From Paramoeba atlantica (taxonomy: Eukaryota > Protista > Discosea): a stretch of 64,000 nucleotides of DNA. Position 1 is the stretch's first letter. Each line of letters starts with the position of its first letter. Location: assembly GCA_977017575.1 (NCBI GenBank), contig CDRNVI010000185.1, positions 62,001-126,000 of the forward strand, given 5' to 3'. Below the pieces are notes generated by a model. The model did not search any database and was not told the DNA's origin. It was given only the letters and a program-made list of their open reading frames with translations. A program made the position numbers and the translations under genes. Shown here piece after piece: positions 19,457 through 31,669 of the stretch.

Positions 19457-20080
19457 ATGACTTACTCCTTTTTAATGATATGTCCGCTACGTGCATCGGA
19501 TGTACACTCTTCAACGCATCCCCGGGCAGCGAAAATAAGGTCTGTTTCCGTACCGCAAGAATACAATTTGGCAAGACTTGTTGAAAGCGCAGATAAAAAA
19601 CATCGTACCTGGGACACCAACACACCTGTCTGTGAGTGGTATGGCATTGAATGTTGTGAGAAGAAACGAGTTAAAGCAATAAGCTGGCGTTTTGCAGATT
19701 TAGGATCGTTAAATTGGAAATATTTGCCGCCAAATTTAGAGTCTCTAGAGGTGATGAAAGCCCATCTTCGTGGTGAACTTCCACTAGAGATGTTTCCCCC
19801 ATCTCTCGTATACATTTATCTGTATTACAATAAGTTAACAGGTAATCTCGTCCTTTTGCGACTTCCACCTTCATTGGAGGTTTTTGACGTTCAAAGCAAT
19901 CAGTTTTTTGGCATCGTAGATTTTTCGTTACTTCCAACAGGTTTGTCCGAGCTGACGCTGTCTTGGAACAGTGACCTCAAAGGTGCGTTCGATGTGGGAA
20001 TGTGCAGTCCGAGTTTGAGCTACGACGTTCGGCGTACAAACATCACGGTATCGAATGGATGTTTATTTCGAGAGGTCTAG
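19457..20080 (+). CDS. LRR protein
   Basis: TPVCEWYGIEC cap and plant-type LRRs; closest to the 759-1481 pseudogene. Confidence 0.88.
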   Translation: MTYSFLMICPLRASDVHSSTHPRAAKIRSVSVPQEYNLARLVESADKKHRTWDTNTPVCEWYGIECCEKKRVKAISWRFADLGSLNWKYLPPNLESLEVMKAHLRGELPLEMFPPSLVYIYLYYNKLTGNLVLLRLPPSLEVFDVQSNQFFGIVDFSLLPTGLSELTLSWNSDLKGAFDVGMCSPSLSYDVRRTNITVSNGCLFREV

Positions 20081-20814
20081 CGTGATGAGGATGATGAGTG
20101 CAATGATGAGGATTCTTTCGAAAATGATTTTTTTCAGAATTCCGCCTCGCTTGTCGTTTGGCTTGTCGTTTGGCCGTATTAATTCGACGAGTGTAAAATG
20201 GGCATAAAATGTGAAAGAAATTCTGGGTCAAGATGGGTGAGAATGCACCAAAATAGGGTAAAATAATTTTTTTTTGGTTTCTCTGTTTCGTTTGAAAGAA
20301 ACGTTGGGCATATGTTACAGGCTTTAAAAAAGTATTTTTGACTCATTTTATTCATCTGGCATGCGTTTTACTTTAATTGAGAGGGGGGGGTATATAATGC
20401 TTCTGTTCTGAAATTCGCCCCCCCCGCCCTGATCAGTTCCACAGCGCTCTTTCGGGCCGACATGGGGGCTGCGTTGGCCTGGCAAGGTATGTGGGCGGAT
20501 ATTTCTGACCATTCTAAATGGGCCCGTATCCGGAGCTCTCTGACCAATTGTTGTTGAGACTGCCAACAGTAGGTTCCATATGATGTCTATTTTGTCTTCC
20601 GCTGATTTGCTGAGAAAATTGTCACATACGCTCGCCGCGTGGATTGGCACCGCGTAGAGTATATTGCACCGCGCAGAGTTTCAGGTGGGAACACACCTGA
20701 AACCTCCTTACCCGGGAGCACCGCCAGGGAGTACCCCCGGGTTGGGGCGGTTCGGCTTCGAGATCAGCACGTCGACTATCGGGTTGCCCCCCCCTCGTTA
20801 CTCCATTATCATAA

Positions 20815-21491
20815 GGGAGCGAAGGGGCAAGAACTCATACATGTAGTTTGAAGCACATGGTACTCAGAGGGCGAGTTCGAGACCAGCTCATCGCATGCCG
20901 TATACCCCCCAGTAAGAGAATGAGTTTTGGGTCGAAATGGCAAAATCTTTTTTACTGGGGGGTATACTTTTTTGGACAGTTTCCTCTTTTCTCGCAACTT
21001 TTTCTGCCATTTTTTCTATTCTTCCTTCTGAAAATGTGTTAAAACGCTTATTTGGGTTACCCCCGAGGCCCTCAACATGCAGACACCCACCCGCTACCCA
21101 CTATACGCCTCCTGTGGGGATCCCGAGCCAAAACTCTCTTACTGGGGGTCAGCCCAAAAAGGGCCAAAACTCTCTTACTGGGGGGGTACTCTCTCTTACT
21201 GGGAGGTTATACGGTAATAGGTTGGGCTGAGAACTGACTAGGCCCAGTACTCGGAGGATCGACCCGGACCTTCCCCCAAGGAACCAGCTCCCTTACCCGG
21301 CTTACACGTCTTGGGTGAGTCGTGTTGGCGTACAATTCGTCGACGCATCGTGTTGGTAGCAACACGTTGGTGCCGCCTTGGACAAGCGGAAACTGGTAGA
21401 GGACTTCGTCCTCTGAACTTGCGGATCTGTCTGAAGGGTCTGGCTTGCCAGTGACCGTCCGGAGCAATCCGGAATGATTTGCACTTTTTTT
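20815..21491 (+). mobile_element. tRNA-headed SINE copy, interrupted by a MITE
   Basis: Degenerate A/B-box head at 20815-20893; body 21225-21491 is homologous to the 26331 and 61161 copies. Confidence 0.7.
20901..21213. mobile_element. MITE-like insertion with repeated ctcttactggggg motifs
   Basis: tatacccccagtaagag at the left, inverted copies at the right; splits the SINE head from its body. Confidence 0.6.
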
Positions 21492-21884
21492 GGATCGGTC
21501 AAACCGTTTCCCAAGGGATTGAAGCTAGTCGGGTCTGCTTTGTCCATAACTTTTAAATAAATAATTCATCATGTGGTTGGTAAGCGCCCCACTCATCAGT
21601 TACCACGACTGAGTTTCGATCACTGATCGAACGAAATCATGAATGCGAGGAAGTAAAATGATTACTATCCACCCTACATAATTGTCGCCCCCCCCTACTT
21701 ATTTGTCAGTCGGAGAAAACAGGCGTCGGGAAGCGGCGCCGATTTTGTTTTCGCGATTTCCTTCAAACTATTTTTAGCTTAATGCCTATAGCAGCAGCGC
21801 TGCTCCCGTAGCGTCAAGTGTACATGTCCTAGTACACAACATCCTAAACTTTGCACACGTATTTTTCTTATATCACACCCGTTC

Positions 21885-22664
21885 ATGCAAGCCCTCCCTA
21901 CCGTAGATTCCCACGCCACCTCCACACGTCTGGGTAAACCCAGTGCGGCGTTACCGCAAGAATATCAACTCGCGGAGTTCATCCAAGAGATTGAGAACCC
22001 GGAGCCGAGTTGGACCACAGACACCGCAGCCTGCGAGTGGGCTCGTGTCTCATGCGCAGAGGACGGGGTCGTTACGTCGATCTTTTGGGGTAGTTGTGGG
22101 ACCCATTCCGCACTTCGCGGTACGCTTCACTGGAAGGCTCTCCCCTCCACGCTCACCAACCTACGCTTGAGTGACAATGATCTACTCGGAGGGGTGAGTT
22201 TTGAGGAGCTCCCCAGGGAACTCACATTCTTCTCCATTCACGCCAATCGGTTTGTGGGTACCATTGAATTGTCGGAGATGTCCGCTTTGTTGTTGCACGT
22301 CGATGTTTCGTATAACAAATTGGAAGGAGGACTGGATTTGACGTGTTTGCCATGGAAGATGGATACCTTTCTCGCGAATTCAAATTCGTTTACAGGAAAT
22401 TTGATCCTTACGTCGCTTCCGCGTACAATAAATACGTTGTCTTTGTGTGATAATGATTTTGAAGGTACTGTCGATCTTGACCACTTGCCTTCAGATTTGT
22501 TCCAGCTTGATCTTTCGAATAATCCGAGATTGACGGGGACATATCACACGAAGCTAATGCCGAAGCGGATGCGAGATAAGACGCGCTCGTTTCTCTTTTT
22601 CTCTGCGTACGAAGTAAACGAAAACCTTGATATTTCTGAAACGGAAATTTTAAAGAGAAGATGA
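21885..22664 (+). CDS. LRR protein
   Basis: TAACEWARVSC cap, about six LRRs. Confidence 0.9.
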   Translation: MQALPTVDSHATSTRLGKPSAALPQEYQLAEFIQEIENPEPSWTTDTAACEWARVSCAEDGVVTSIFWGSCGTHSALRGTLHWKALPSTLTNLRLSDNDLLGGVSFEELPRELTFFSIHANRFVGTIELSEMSALLLHVDVSYNKLEGGLDLTCLPWKMDTFLANSNSFTGNLILTSLPRTINTLSLCDNDFEGTVDLDHLPSDLFQLDLSNNPRLTGTYHTKLMPKRMRDKTRSFLFFSAYEVNENLDISETEILKRR

Positions 22665-24109
22665 TCATTACAAATTTGCTTCATTAAGCATACAATGTGT
22701 ATTTTCGCAGTAATTTGTATTCTTCGCCTTCTCTTCGTCGAAATTATGATCAAAATAAGCCTTCGGCAACACCTTTTAGGCATTTTGAGTGTCCAATCCC
22801 ACTTGTTCATAGCGACATGTTCTGAAACCACGACATTCTCGCTGTACGATTTATTTTTTAGGAGCATTGTTAAATATTCTCATGGCATCCTACTTTTCAA
22901 CGCAAAGCGCGCAGCACGAGTCCTTCTAAGCAGCACGAGCCTTCTAAGCTGAAAACAGCCACAGCGCTTAACGTAGCGATCAATCATTATTTCTATTGTA
23001 TCTTAAACAGTACACAATTTCTTGTTTCGCCTCCCTCCACCGTGGCCGACCAATGCCTCGACCCGTGAAGTCTGGATCAGTTCCACAATTCTTGACATGC
23101 TGCGTCAACACTGCAGCTGCAACTTTTTCAAGAAGGCTCCAGACTATTGGAACCACTTCTCTTTCAAAGAGCCTTGCCCCCCATTCTAGAAGCTTTTCAA
23201 AGCAGTCACATTCTCCTTTCTCAATGAGAGTCAAGGCAATTCGCTCTCACACTTCTGGAGCTTGAACATCGATGTCATCGATCTTCAAATACATTGTATG
23301 TACTCACTTCATGGGTTGCATTGAATTGAAGAAAACTTTCGACAAAACTGGGTTAGCGAAACCATAGCGAAAGCGTTTATATGCTTTTTCTTTTACGTCA
23401 TCGGAACACGTTTCATGAAAGACTTGATATTCTTCCATCATTTGTATTACGATGGATTTGTCGATCGCGTGGTATTCCGTAACTAATTGACGGAGACGAG
23501 CATCTACGTTAGCCATCGCACTATTTCTCTCCCCATTAAATCCCTTTTCTCGGACGCGTTTACTCCCCCCCCCCTCGATTTAGTCGATCCTAAAACGTTG
23601 AGGCTACTACTCGACGAATACGTCGCACCGCCTGTACTGTGCAACCATACTTGTTGGACAATGTAGAGCAGGACTCTCTTGAACGGTATATGTTAAGTTC
23701 GTCTTGGTTGCTTAACTTTTTAGGAGGACAACGCACCTGATTGTTCTATGGTTGAGGAGAATCGGGCGTTTCTTTGGGGACAATCGGAGACGATGAATTG
23801 CGCAAGGGCGAAGCAACCTCTCCAAGGCGAGGAACTGGCGCCTTGAATTTTACCCACTTGTGAGCGATCCAGAGCAGGCTGACATAGAGTAGTTTAGAAA
23901 TTTATGAAAATTTGTAAAGTGCCAAAAAAATGATTTTTTTTAGGGACCTCTGAAAAAATCGCTGAAAAAAAGGAGCGTACCAGAATAAGCGTAACAGAAT
24001 TGGGGAAACTCATAAGCGTACCAGAATTGGGGAAACTCACAAGCAGGGGGGGTATAGTATACGTATTGTATATTTAAAGCTGTAATGTTCTTTTCTTCTG
24101 AAATATTTC

Positions 24110-24895
24110 ATGAAACCAATTTCCGCTTTTCTTCTTCACGACACACTTGCCACTACCCGACGTTTAGGTAAAGCGAGAGTGTCCTTACCGCAAGAAGAGA
24201 TACTTTCCGAATTTGTACATGACATCGAAAACCCAGCAGCCTCATGGAATCGAAACACACCTGCGTGTAAATGGAATGACGTGCAGTGCTCTCAAAATGG
24301 AGATATCCGTAGTATTGTTATGGGATTTCGAGGCCTTCGTGGTTCTCTACGCTGGAAATACTTGCCAAGTACGCTATCTACTCTACAAATTTCAAACAAC
24401 GAGCTTTCAGGTCCTGTCTCGGTTGAATATTTTCCGTCACAGCTGGAATGGGTAGATATCCATATGAATCATTTTATGGGAGGCATAAATCTATCGGAAA
24501 TACCAGGATCGCTCCAAGCAATGGTTCTTTCGCAGAACGAGCTAGAAGGAGCACTTGACTTAAGTTCTCTGAATCCAGGATTCGTGTCTCTCGTGGCGCA
24601 TTCAAACTTCTTTTTTGGCCAGCTAAATTTTTGTGAGCTTCCCAGCTCTATGGACCGACTAAACTTGGCAATAAACCTTTTCAGCGGTATGATCAACTTG
24701 GATCACTTGCCCAAGGAAATGTCATTTTTAGACCTTTCTGAAAACACGAATCTCAAGAGTGAGTACCAGGCGTCTTTGCTCCCAGTAAAATTTCGCAAAA
24801 GAACGCTTGTTATGTGGTTTACATTTCACTATGCGATTAATGAAGAGAGTTTTCGCCATGAAAAAACTCAGATCACCTCTGCTGATGAACAGTGA
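24110..24895 (+). CDS. LRR protein
   Basis: TPACKWNDVQC cap, about six LRRs. Confidence 0.9.
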   Translation: MKPISAFLLHDTLATTRRLGKARVSLPQEEILSEFVHDIENPAASWNRNTPACKWNDVQCSQNGDIRSIVMGFRGLRGSLRWKYLPSTLSTLQISNNELSGPVSVEYFPSQLEWVDIHMNHFMGGINLSEIPGSLQAMVLSQNELEGALDLSSLNPGFVSLVAHSNFFFGQLNFCELPSSMDRLNLAINLFSGMINLDHLPKEMSFLDLSENTNLKSEYQASLLPVKFRKRTLVMWFTFHYAINEESFRHEKTQITSADEQ

Positions 24896-25224
24896 GCAGA
24901 GAGAAAAGAAAGTTACTCATACACCAATAGTCACATCAAAAAATGAACGAGAGCGATGATATAGGATATCTTTACGAATTGTACAGGCGGCGGTACAGGA
25001 CTGGTACCGGACAGGACGGTTGTACCGTATGGGGATAGAGGACTACGGGGATCGGAGTTGAATACCAAACAAATTACGGATCCTTTTTAATGATACCTAT
25101 CCATGCCCAGAAAAATATTTTCAAACATCTTTAACAAACCTCTGGCGAAAAAAGTTGATAGTTGATAAGCTGGCCGTTTGTCGCCGCAGTGATATGGCCT
25201 CCTAAGGAACACTCTAGTTATTTA

Positions 25225-25649
25225 GAGGGCTGAAACCAGTAAAATATAAACCCAGACAAACCCAGTCAGGTCACAAGAGAAACCAACGGCAAAGGTACTT
25301 GTCGTTTTTTTGGTTATGGAGTTCGCTGGAGAATCCGGGTGGGGGGTCTAGGGGGTTCCAGGGGGATATATGGAAGCTATAGGGGGGGGGCGAAGCAGGC
25401 TCCAGGTTGGGGGTGTAGGAGGGTGCAGAAAAAAAACCAAGTATTTTGGAGCCAGGGTGTACCAGGGGGTCCCTACATAAGCAAGGCGGCAAAGCTATTC
25501 ACCAGGGGAACGAGATCTACCCAATGCTGCGAAAATGAGAAAAAAACAGATATAAAAATCAAATTTCCGCAAGGCGGGAGATATCCTGAAATCACTCTAC
25601 AATATAGAAAATTAGCAAACCCAGGCAAACCCAGGTGGTTTCAGCCCTC
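25225..25649. mobile_element. MITE with 14-bp TIR gagggctgaaacca
   Basis: Perfect inverted ends; a solo right end near 36077-36090; no TSD found. Confidence 0.7.
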
Positions 25650-26330
25650 ATAGTGCCTAAGCGAGCACCGAGAATCCTTAGGTGGTTCGGATCCAACTGG
25701 GCGCGAGGTATACTCGAGGTTCCTCAAAGTGCATCGCAGCTAACCAGTTGGATCCGAATTTCACAGGCTTTATCTTAGTTATTTAGTATCTTGTCATTTT
25801 CATAGCGGGCGAACCTGCGCAAACGCACGCAAAAGAGGATACAGGACTGCACTCACCCTAGTTCTTTAGCACCTTATTATGTTGGTGTCTGGTGGTCCAG
25901 CCATCAGTTCTCCGAATCAGTCTCACCCTAGTTGTTTGACGTCTTGTTATATTGACGTCGGGCTATGTATTGACGTCGAGAGTTAGCTCGGGAAGCTGGG
26001 GCCGCTAAGCCCCATCATCCGACGTGAGTCGGACGCCAAGATTGAAATAATACAGGCATGAGTACCGCCTGTTTGCTGGGATAGTTCGACGGTGTCGAGT
26101 CTCAGCTTCAACGGACCAAGACTTCTTGGGTGTTATACCCTCGAGCGGACTTGGCTCCTCAGCTTCAACAGACAACAGGCTTAGCCAACATATTCCAGAC
26201 CTCTTCGAAACGATACAAAGTCGCTGGATTCATCCATTTTCGAACTTCGTCAGGATCTATTCGGGGAATGTCATGCTTTATACGCAATGATTAAAATTTT
26301 CGAAGAGAAGTCAACAAGGTACAGGCCAAA

Positions 26331-26718
26331 TGCAAAAAAAAATCCAAATCATTCCGGATTGCTCCGGATGGTCACTGGCAAGCCAGACCCTTCACAGACA
26401 GATTTGGAAGTTCCGAGGCCGACGTCCTCTACCAGTTTCCGCTTGTCCAAGGCGGCACCAACGTGTTGTTGCCAACACGTTGCGTCGACGAACTGTACGT
26501 CAACACGGCTTACCCAAGAGGTGTAAGCCGGGTAAGGGAGCTGGTTCCCTGAGGGGAGGGTCCGGGACGGTCCTCCGAGTACTGGGCCTAGTCGGTTCTC
26601 AGCCCAGTCTCTTAGAGTGAGGCTGCCAGGAATAATGTGATGAGCGGGTTTGAACTCGCCGTCTGAGCACCACGTGCTTCAAACTTTGAATTCTTGCCAC
26701 TCCGCCATCTCCGCCCCC
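26331..26718 (-). mobile_element. tRNA-headed SINE with a 9-bp TSD (caggccaaa)
   Basis: TSD at 26322-26330 and 26719-26727; A box TGGCGGAGTGG, B box GAGTTCAAACC, T9 end. Confidence 0.85.
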
Positions 26719-26836
26719 CAGGCCAAAGTAATGCACCCCCGTTGGCGAAAGCAGCCCCTCAGCTTTAGAATGTACAGTTGTAGCCGTACAATGTAGCGTA
26801 GCATTAGACAATGTTGGTACATTCGTCTCTTGGAAT

Positions 26837-27805
26837 ATGGAAATCTTTACATATACTTCTTTTCCCCATCTTTCTTCATATCTTTTCATTCTAAATCTTT
26901 TTTCCGCTTACATTTCATTCATGCTGTCGCCCACCCCGGCAACCCGTCGTCCGCTTCCCTCCGAGCTCTCCCCACTCGATTCCCTATCCCTTTTCATCTC
27001 CCACATTACCAATCCGCACCCTACGTGGGTCGCGACTCCTTCCTCGGATCCCCCGCAACAAATTCCCCCCCTCTGGCACGGCGTCCATTTCGACAAAAAC
27101 CAAAACATTCAAAAACTCACCTGGGACGCGCTATCTCTCCAAGGCAACCTTACCTGGGGCCACCTCCCCCGCTCCGTCACCGACGTCTTTATCTGGAACA
27201 ACCACCTCACCGGGTCGTTGCACCTACCCGAGTCCCACCCCCATCTCTGCGATGTCCGTATCAGTGACAACGCCCTGGACGGTACCATCGGTCTCGATGC
27301 CCTCCCCCTCTCGCTGGCCTGGCTGAACGGCAGCTCCAATGGCCTCACCGGGGAGGCCTCGTTATGTTTTCTCCCCCCCTCCCTTTGTTATTTAAATCTC
27401 ACCCATAATCACTTATCCGGACATCTTTATTTAAATCTTTTACCCTTAGGAATGGAACATTTGTATTTATCCTTTAACGCCCTCGGGGCCACACTCGATC
27501 TCACCGCGCTCCCCGAGAGCCTGCGGTGTCTGCATTTGGACCACAACGCGTTCTGGGGCCCCATTGTGATTGGCGCCCTGCCGCGGTCCAAGGTGGTGGT
27601 GTTCCAGCTGCAGCACAACCACCTCTGGGGACCGGTGGTGTTGTTGAACCCGGGAGGTTCAAAACAACAACAACAACAACAAGGAAACCGAAACAGTAAA
27701 GGGGGGTTTCCGACAAATTTCAATTTAAAAGTAAATCCCCAGCGGTATGGTCGGATTGCGACGGCCCCGGTGGAACGGGATTCGGGATGGTGTGTGGTGG
27801 GGTAG
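26837..27805 (+). CDS. LRR protein, CaaX-ending subfamily (CVVG)
   Basis: Plant-type LRRs; true start may be the ATG at 26921. Confidence 0.87.
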   Translation: MEIFTYTSFPHLSSYLFILNLFSAYISFMLSPTPATRRPLPSELSPLDSLSLFISHITNPHPTWVATPSSDPPQQIPPLWHGVHFDKNQNIQKLTWDALSLQGNLTWGHLPRSVTDVFIWNNHLTGSLHLPESHPHLCDVRISDNALDGTIGLDALPLSLAWLNGSSNGLTGEASLCFLPPSLCYLNLTHNHLSGHLYLNLLPLGMEHLYLSFNALGATLDLTALPESLRCLHLDHNAFWGPIVIGALPRSKVVVFQLQHNHLWGPVVLLNPGGSKQQQQQQGNRNSKGGFPTNFNLKVNPQRYGRIATAPVERDSGWCVVG

Positions 27806-28716
27806 AGGGGAGGGAAAGGGGTGAAGGGGTAAAATTCTCCAGCTCCAGGTAGTGTGGGTCGTTAGTCCACAGGTACACTATATACAGTAAGTCTCCGTAC
27901 GGGAACATACATCCATACCTAGGACTACCAATAGGAGAGTAGGGAGGGGAAGATCCTCAGAGGAATGGGGAAGTTGTGACGCAAATGTAGTTGTTTCGAT
28001 TGTAGACCTCCTTTGTTCGTTTCCTCATGACTCGTTTGATACGTTTTAGGGACATATTTTCAATGAAAATAATTTGAATGGAATGAGAGTATTCCGGCTA
28101 AATGGTTCGTTTAAAAATTAAAATCTAATAGTTCATGAAAAAAAGAATTCATATTCCCGGGCACAGGAAGGTGGTAATTACCACCCATTATGCATTATTA
28201 TGCATATGGTAATTACCACTTCACCATATCCAGTGTACCGGTGAAGCTTTAATTAATTTATAACATTAATTAACGTAATTTCTGAAGAGAAAAAAATGTT
28301 TACGTTAATTAATGCTACGTTAATTAAAGTTACATTAATTTATCTTTTTGTGGCGCGATAGTAAAAAAATTAGCCCTACAAAAAAAATTGAAGTTTACCA
28401 TTTTTAAGCCCACACGATTGAACGAAGTTTGCGCACTTCTCCAAAATTCCACCTAAAGCGAAATACTCCACCGCCTATGGCTGTAGTTTCCAAGGGCAAC
28501 GGGTCGTGTTCTTGAGGCATCTGCTAGAAATTAAAAACAAGAAATTATTAGTTATTTTTCGCCATTTTTTGACCAAAATAAATTATTGCGTAATTATTGC
28601 GTAATTATTGCGTAATTAATGCTACGTTAATAAAAAAACGTACATTTTTTAGTACGTTAAAAAGTGTGTCACCGGTAAGTTAATTTTGCTCAAACATTAT
28701 TTAATAAAATTCAAAA

Positions 28717-30164
28717 ATGAAGACAATTCCTTCGCTAGCGTTTTCTGTTACTTTATCAGATACTCCCGTCTCGCCCGTAAGCGCACAGCAGAAAAATATT
28801 AGCTGTAACTCACCAGACGAATCAGCTGAGAGTGTACCTAACGCGGTGTCTACTCGCGCTGCAAAAGTACGGGGAGTTGCTCTCCCCCAGGAATATGAAT
28901 TATCACGATTTATTCAGAATACGGCAGGCGGCCATCATCTCTGGACGACCGCCACCCCGGCCTGTAAATGGAGAGATGTCCTTTGCGATAAAAAATCAAA
29001 CGTGATTGGATTGGACTGGTTTGGGTACGACCTGCACGGCCCACTCCAATGGAATTGGCTGCCCCACACCGTGCAGCGTTGCAATGTCGAAAATTGTTTG
29101 CTTTCAGGGTCTGTCGAACTGAACGAGTTGCCTACTCAAGTCGTAGAAGTGAATGTCGCGTGTAATAAATTTACAGGGGCAATAGATTTGACACGCTTAC
29201 CGAATACACTTCAGAGTCTAAAAGATAAAGATACAGTTTCTGTACCTTGTTGGTACATTTTGCTAGTCCTTCCTTTCCTTTCCCGGAAACGGGCATATTC
29301 TTACTTTTAAATGCCCGTTTCCGGCTGACGGCTAGCTGGAACTGTCCCTCTTTGTCGCGGAAGTAGGGGACGCACTTCGCACTCTTCACCCCTCCCCGGC
29401 TCGCTCTCTTCGAGTGAGCTTTCTTCCCTCCCCGGCTCTCTCCTTCTCGTGCTTTCTTCTCCCGGGAGCTATGCGCCATGGTGGCCTCCCTTGAGGACCA
29501 CTGGGCGTGCTATAGCGGGAGGACACGTTGTATGCGTGTATAGGGGATGCGAACTTGCACCCCTCTCTCCCTACATGCTGTAGCGAGTGCGGCGGTAACG
29601 GACCTCCCCATGATGCATCATGATCCACGATAGACCATCTGACAGCATGAACCCACGGCTTGACCGTGTTGCAGCATGAACCATGGCTATACGTGCTGTA
29701 GCATGACCGATGGGCGACTCGTCTCCTACCTCGCACTCCACTCTCTGTGTGACACCCGTCGTATGCGGGTCATGCGCCGATGGTATCGGCCGTCACACAG
29801 AGAGACGTATCTCTGCGCCACGAGCGTATGATATCATATCATGAACAGCAACTTGTTTGAGGGTAGTGTAGACTTGTCTCATTTGCCACAGTTTTTGAAA
29901 ACTTTGAATCTTTCTCGTAATAAGCTTTCGGGAACGCTGGACTTACGCGGATTGCCTCGAAGGATAGAAACGGTAAATCTATCGAGTAACCAGTTCACAG
30001 GATCTCTTGACTTGGGGAATTTACCTTCATATTTATGCCATTTATGCTCACTGTGCCTGAAAGAGAACAAAAACCTTTGTGTTGAGGTCAACATGTTGAA
30101 GATGTCCAAGATTTTCCCAAATCTAGCAGTCGACGTGGGATATACAAGGATAAAAGGCACGTAG
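28717..30164 (+). pseudogene. LRR gene split by a 617-bp SL-RNA-derived insertion
   Basis: Removing 29221-29837 restores frame and repeat register (LPNTLQSL|IMNSNLFEG). Confidence 0.85.
29221..29837 (+). mobile_element. SL-RNA-derived insertion (exon + GTAC intron-like hairpin + extension)
   Basis: gataaagatacagtttctgtaccttgttg|gtacatttt, then the 14-bp stem ccggaaacgggcat/atgcccgtttccgg. Confidence 0.8.
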
Positions 30165-30565
30165 CCTTGACTTGTGCGACATATCGGCATATCTAATTTG
30201 GCTAAAGCATGTTTTGCACGTTATGCACTTGAGGGACTGTAGGTGTGATCTCGCGTGATCTCGTTTTGGACCCCACCTACAGTCCTCATTGTAGCTTGTC
30301 CTCATTGTATACTTGTGGACCCTCTTGGTACTCCGAGGAGATGTCCAACAACTTGTAAATTTTATTCCGGTAACTAGAAAGAATATCCATTAACCAAAAA
30401 ACATAAACACACTGGGTCAACCGGTAAAAATGCATTCTAAAAAATCGACCTTTCTAAAGTTGTTTCGAACCCGAAACGAATGTCATTTTTCTGTCATTTC
30501 TCTTCCTTTTCGGATTCCGTTTTCACTATTCTCACCCCACCCCCACACCCTACTACCCCATTCGC

Positions 30566-31669
30566 ATGCTCCCCTCTCCACCCTACACCGCCACCTCCCC
30601 TTCACGCCCCTCACCCTCTTCACCCCCAGCCCTCCCCTTCGAGTACCAACTCGCTCTCTTTGTCCAACACCTCCACAATCCACACCCCTCCTGGGGCATA
30701 ATACCCCACACGCCAAAATCTTCCACCCTCTCACAAGGAGCACAAAACAAAACCAAGAAGTCGTTAACCAACACTTCCACGACTTCTTCATCTTTTACTT
30801 CTGATTTATCACCCCTGTCTTCTTCTTCCTCAGAAGTAGGTGAAGAGAAAAACAGGACACCATCTTCCTTTTCAGAAGTAGGTGAACAGAAAAAGCCGAA
30901 ATCCTCCCTCTCTTTTTCGCCCTCTTCCGCACTGGAAGATACCAAGAGGAATGCCTCCTCCTCATCTTCTTCTTCTTTATTCCCCTCTTACCCCTCCCCC
31001 CTCCCCCTGTGGCAGGGCGTGACCCTGGACGGGACCGGGGCCCCGATGGACCTCCACTGGGGGGACGCCGCGCTCCGGGGCAACCTCTCCTGGCCCCACC
31101 TCCCCCGCAGCGTCTGCACCGTGAAGGCGTGGAACAACGCGCTCACCGGGGGGGTGGGGGACATCCCCCCCGCCCACCCGGTGCTCCAGGTCGTGGACCT
31201 GCGGCAGAACGCGCTCACCGGGGGGGTGGGGCTGCGGGAGCTCCCGGGGTCGCTGAAACGACTCGCGCTGCGACGGAACCGGTTGGTCGGGGCGTGCGAC
31301 CTGGAGTTCCTCCCGCTCGCGATGCGGTTGTTGGATCTCGGGGAGAATGGGCTGGAGGGGGGGATTTATTTACATCTGCTTCCCCCGACCATGAAGTTTT
31401 TGTATTTGGATAATAATGGGTTGGGGGCGACGTTGCATTTGACGGGGTTGCCGCCCTCGTTGAAGTATTTGTATTTGAACCATAACCGGTTTATGGGACG
31501 ACCGGATTTGTCACGGTTGCCTACAAATTTGGAACTTCATTTGGAGCATAATTACTTGTCTGGAGTGGTTTTCACAACAACTCTTCATCCAGGGGTGCTG
31601 ATCAACCCGCAGAAAGGAGGGGAAGTGGTGTTGCCTGAAAAGAAGACCAGGAGCTGTGTGGTATCCTAA
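30566..31669 (+). CDS. LRR protein with a Ser-rich insert, ends CVVS
   Basis: LRRs after PLWQGVTLD; terminal CaaX-like box. Confidence 0.87.
   Translation: MLPSPPYTATSPSRPSPSSPPALPFEYQLALFVQHLHNPHPSWGIIPHTPKSSTLSQGAQNKTKKSLTNTSTTSSSFTSDLSPLSSSSSEVGEEKNRTPSSFSEVGEQKKPKSSLSFSPSSALEDTKRNASSSSSSSLFPSYPSPLPLWQGVTLDGTGAPMDLHWGDAALRGNLSWPHLPRSVCTVKAWNNALTGGVGDIPPAHPVLQVVDLRQNALTGGVGLRELPGSLKRLALRRNRLVGACDLEFLPLAMRLLDLGENGLEGGIYLHLLPPTMKFLYLDNNGLGATLHLTGLPPSLKYLYLNHNRFMGRPDLSRLPTNLELHLEHNYLSGVVFTTTLHPGVLINPQKGGEVVLPEKKTRSCVVS

Noticed and set aside
22980-23516. Broken minus-strand ORFs
   Set aside because: Interrupted by stops; no recognisable motif.
24981-25011. 30-bp match to the family-B 3' end
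   Set aside because: Too short and without a tail to call an insertion.
26640-26718. Functional tRNA-Ser gene
   Set aside because: Acceptor and anticodon stems do not pair; treated as a SINE head.
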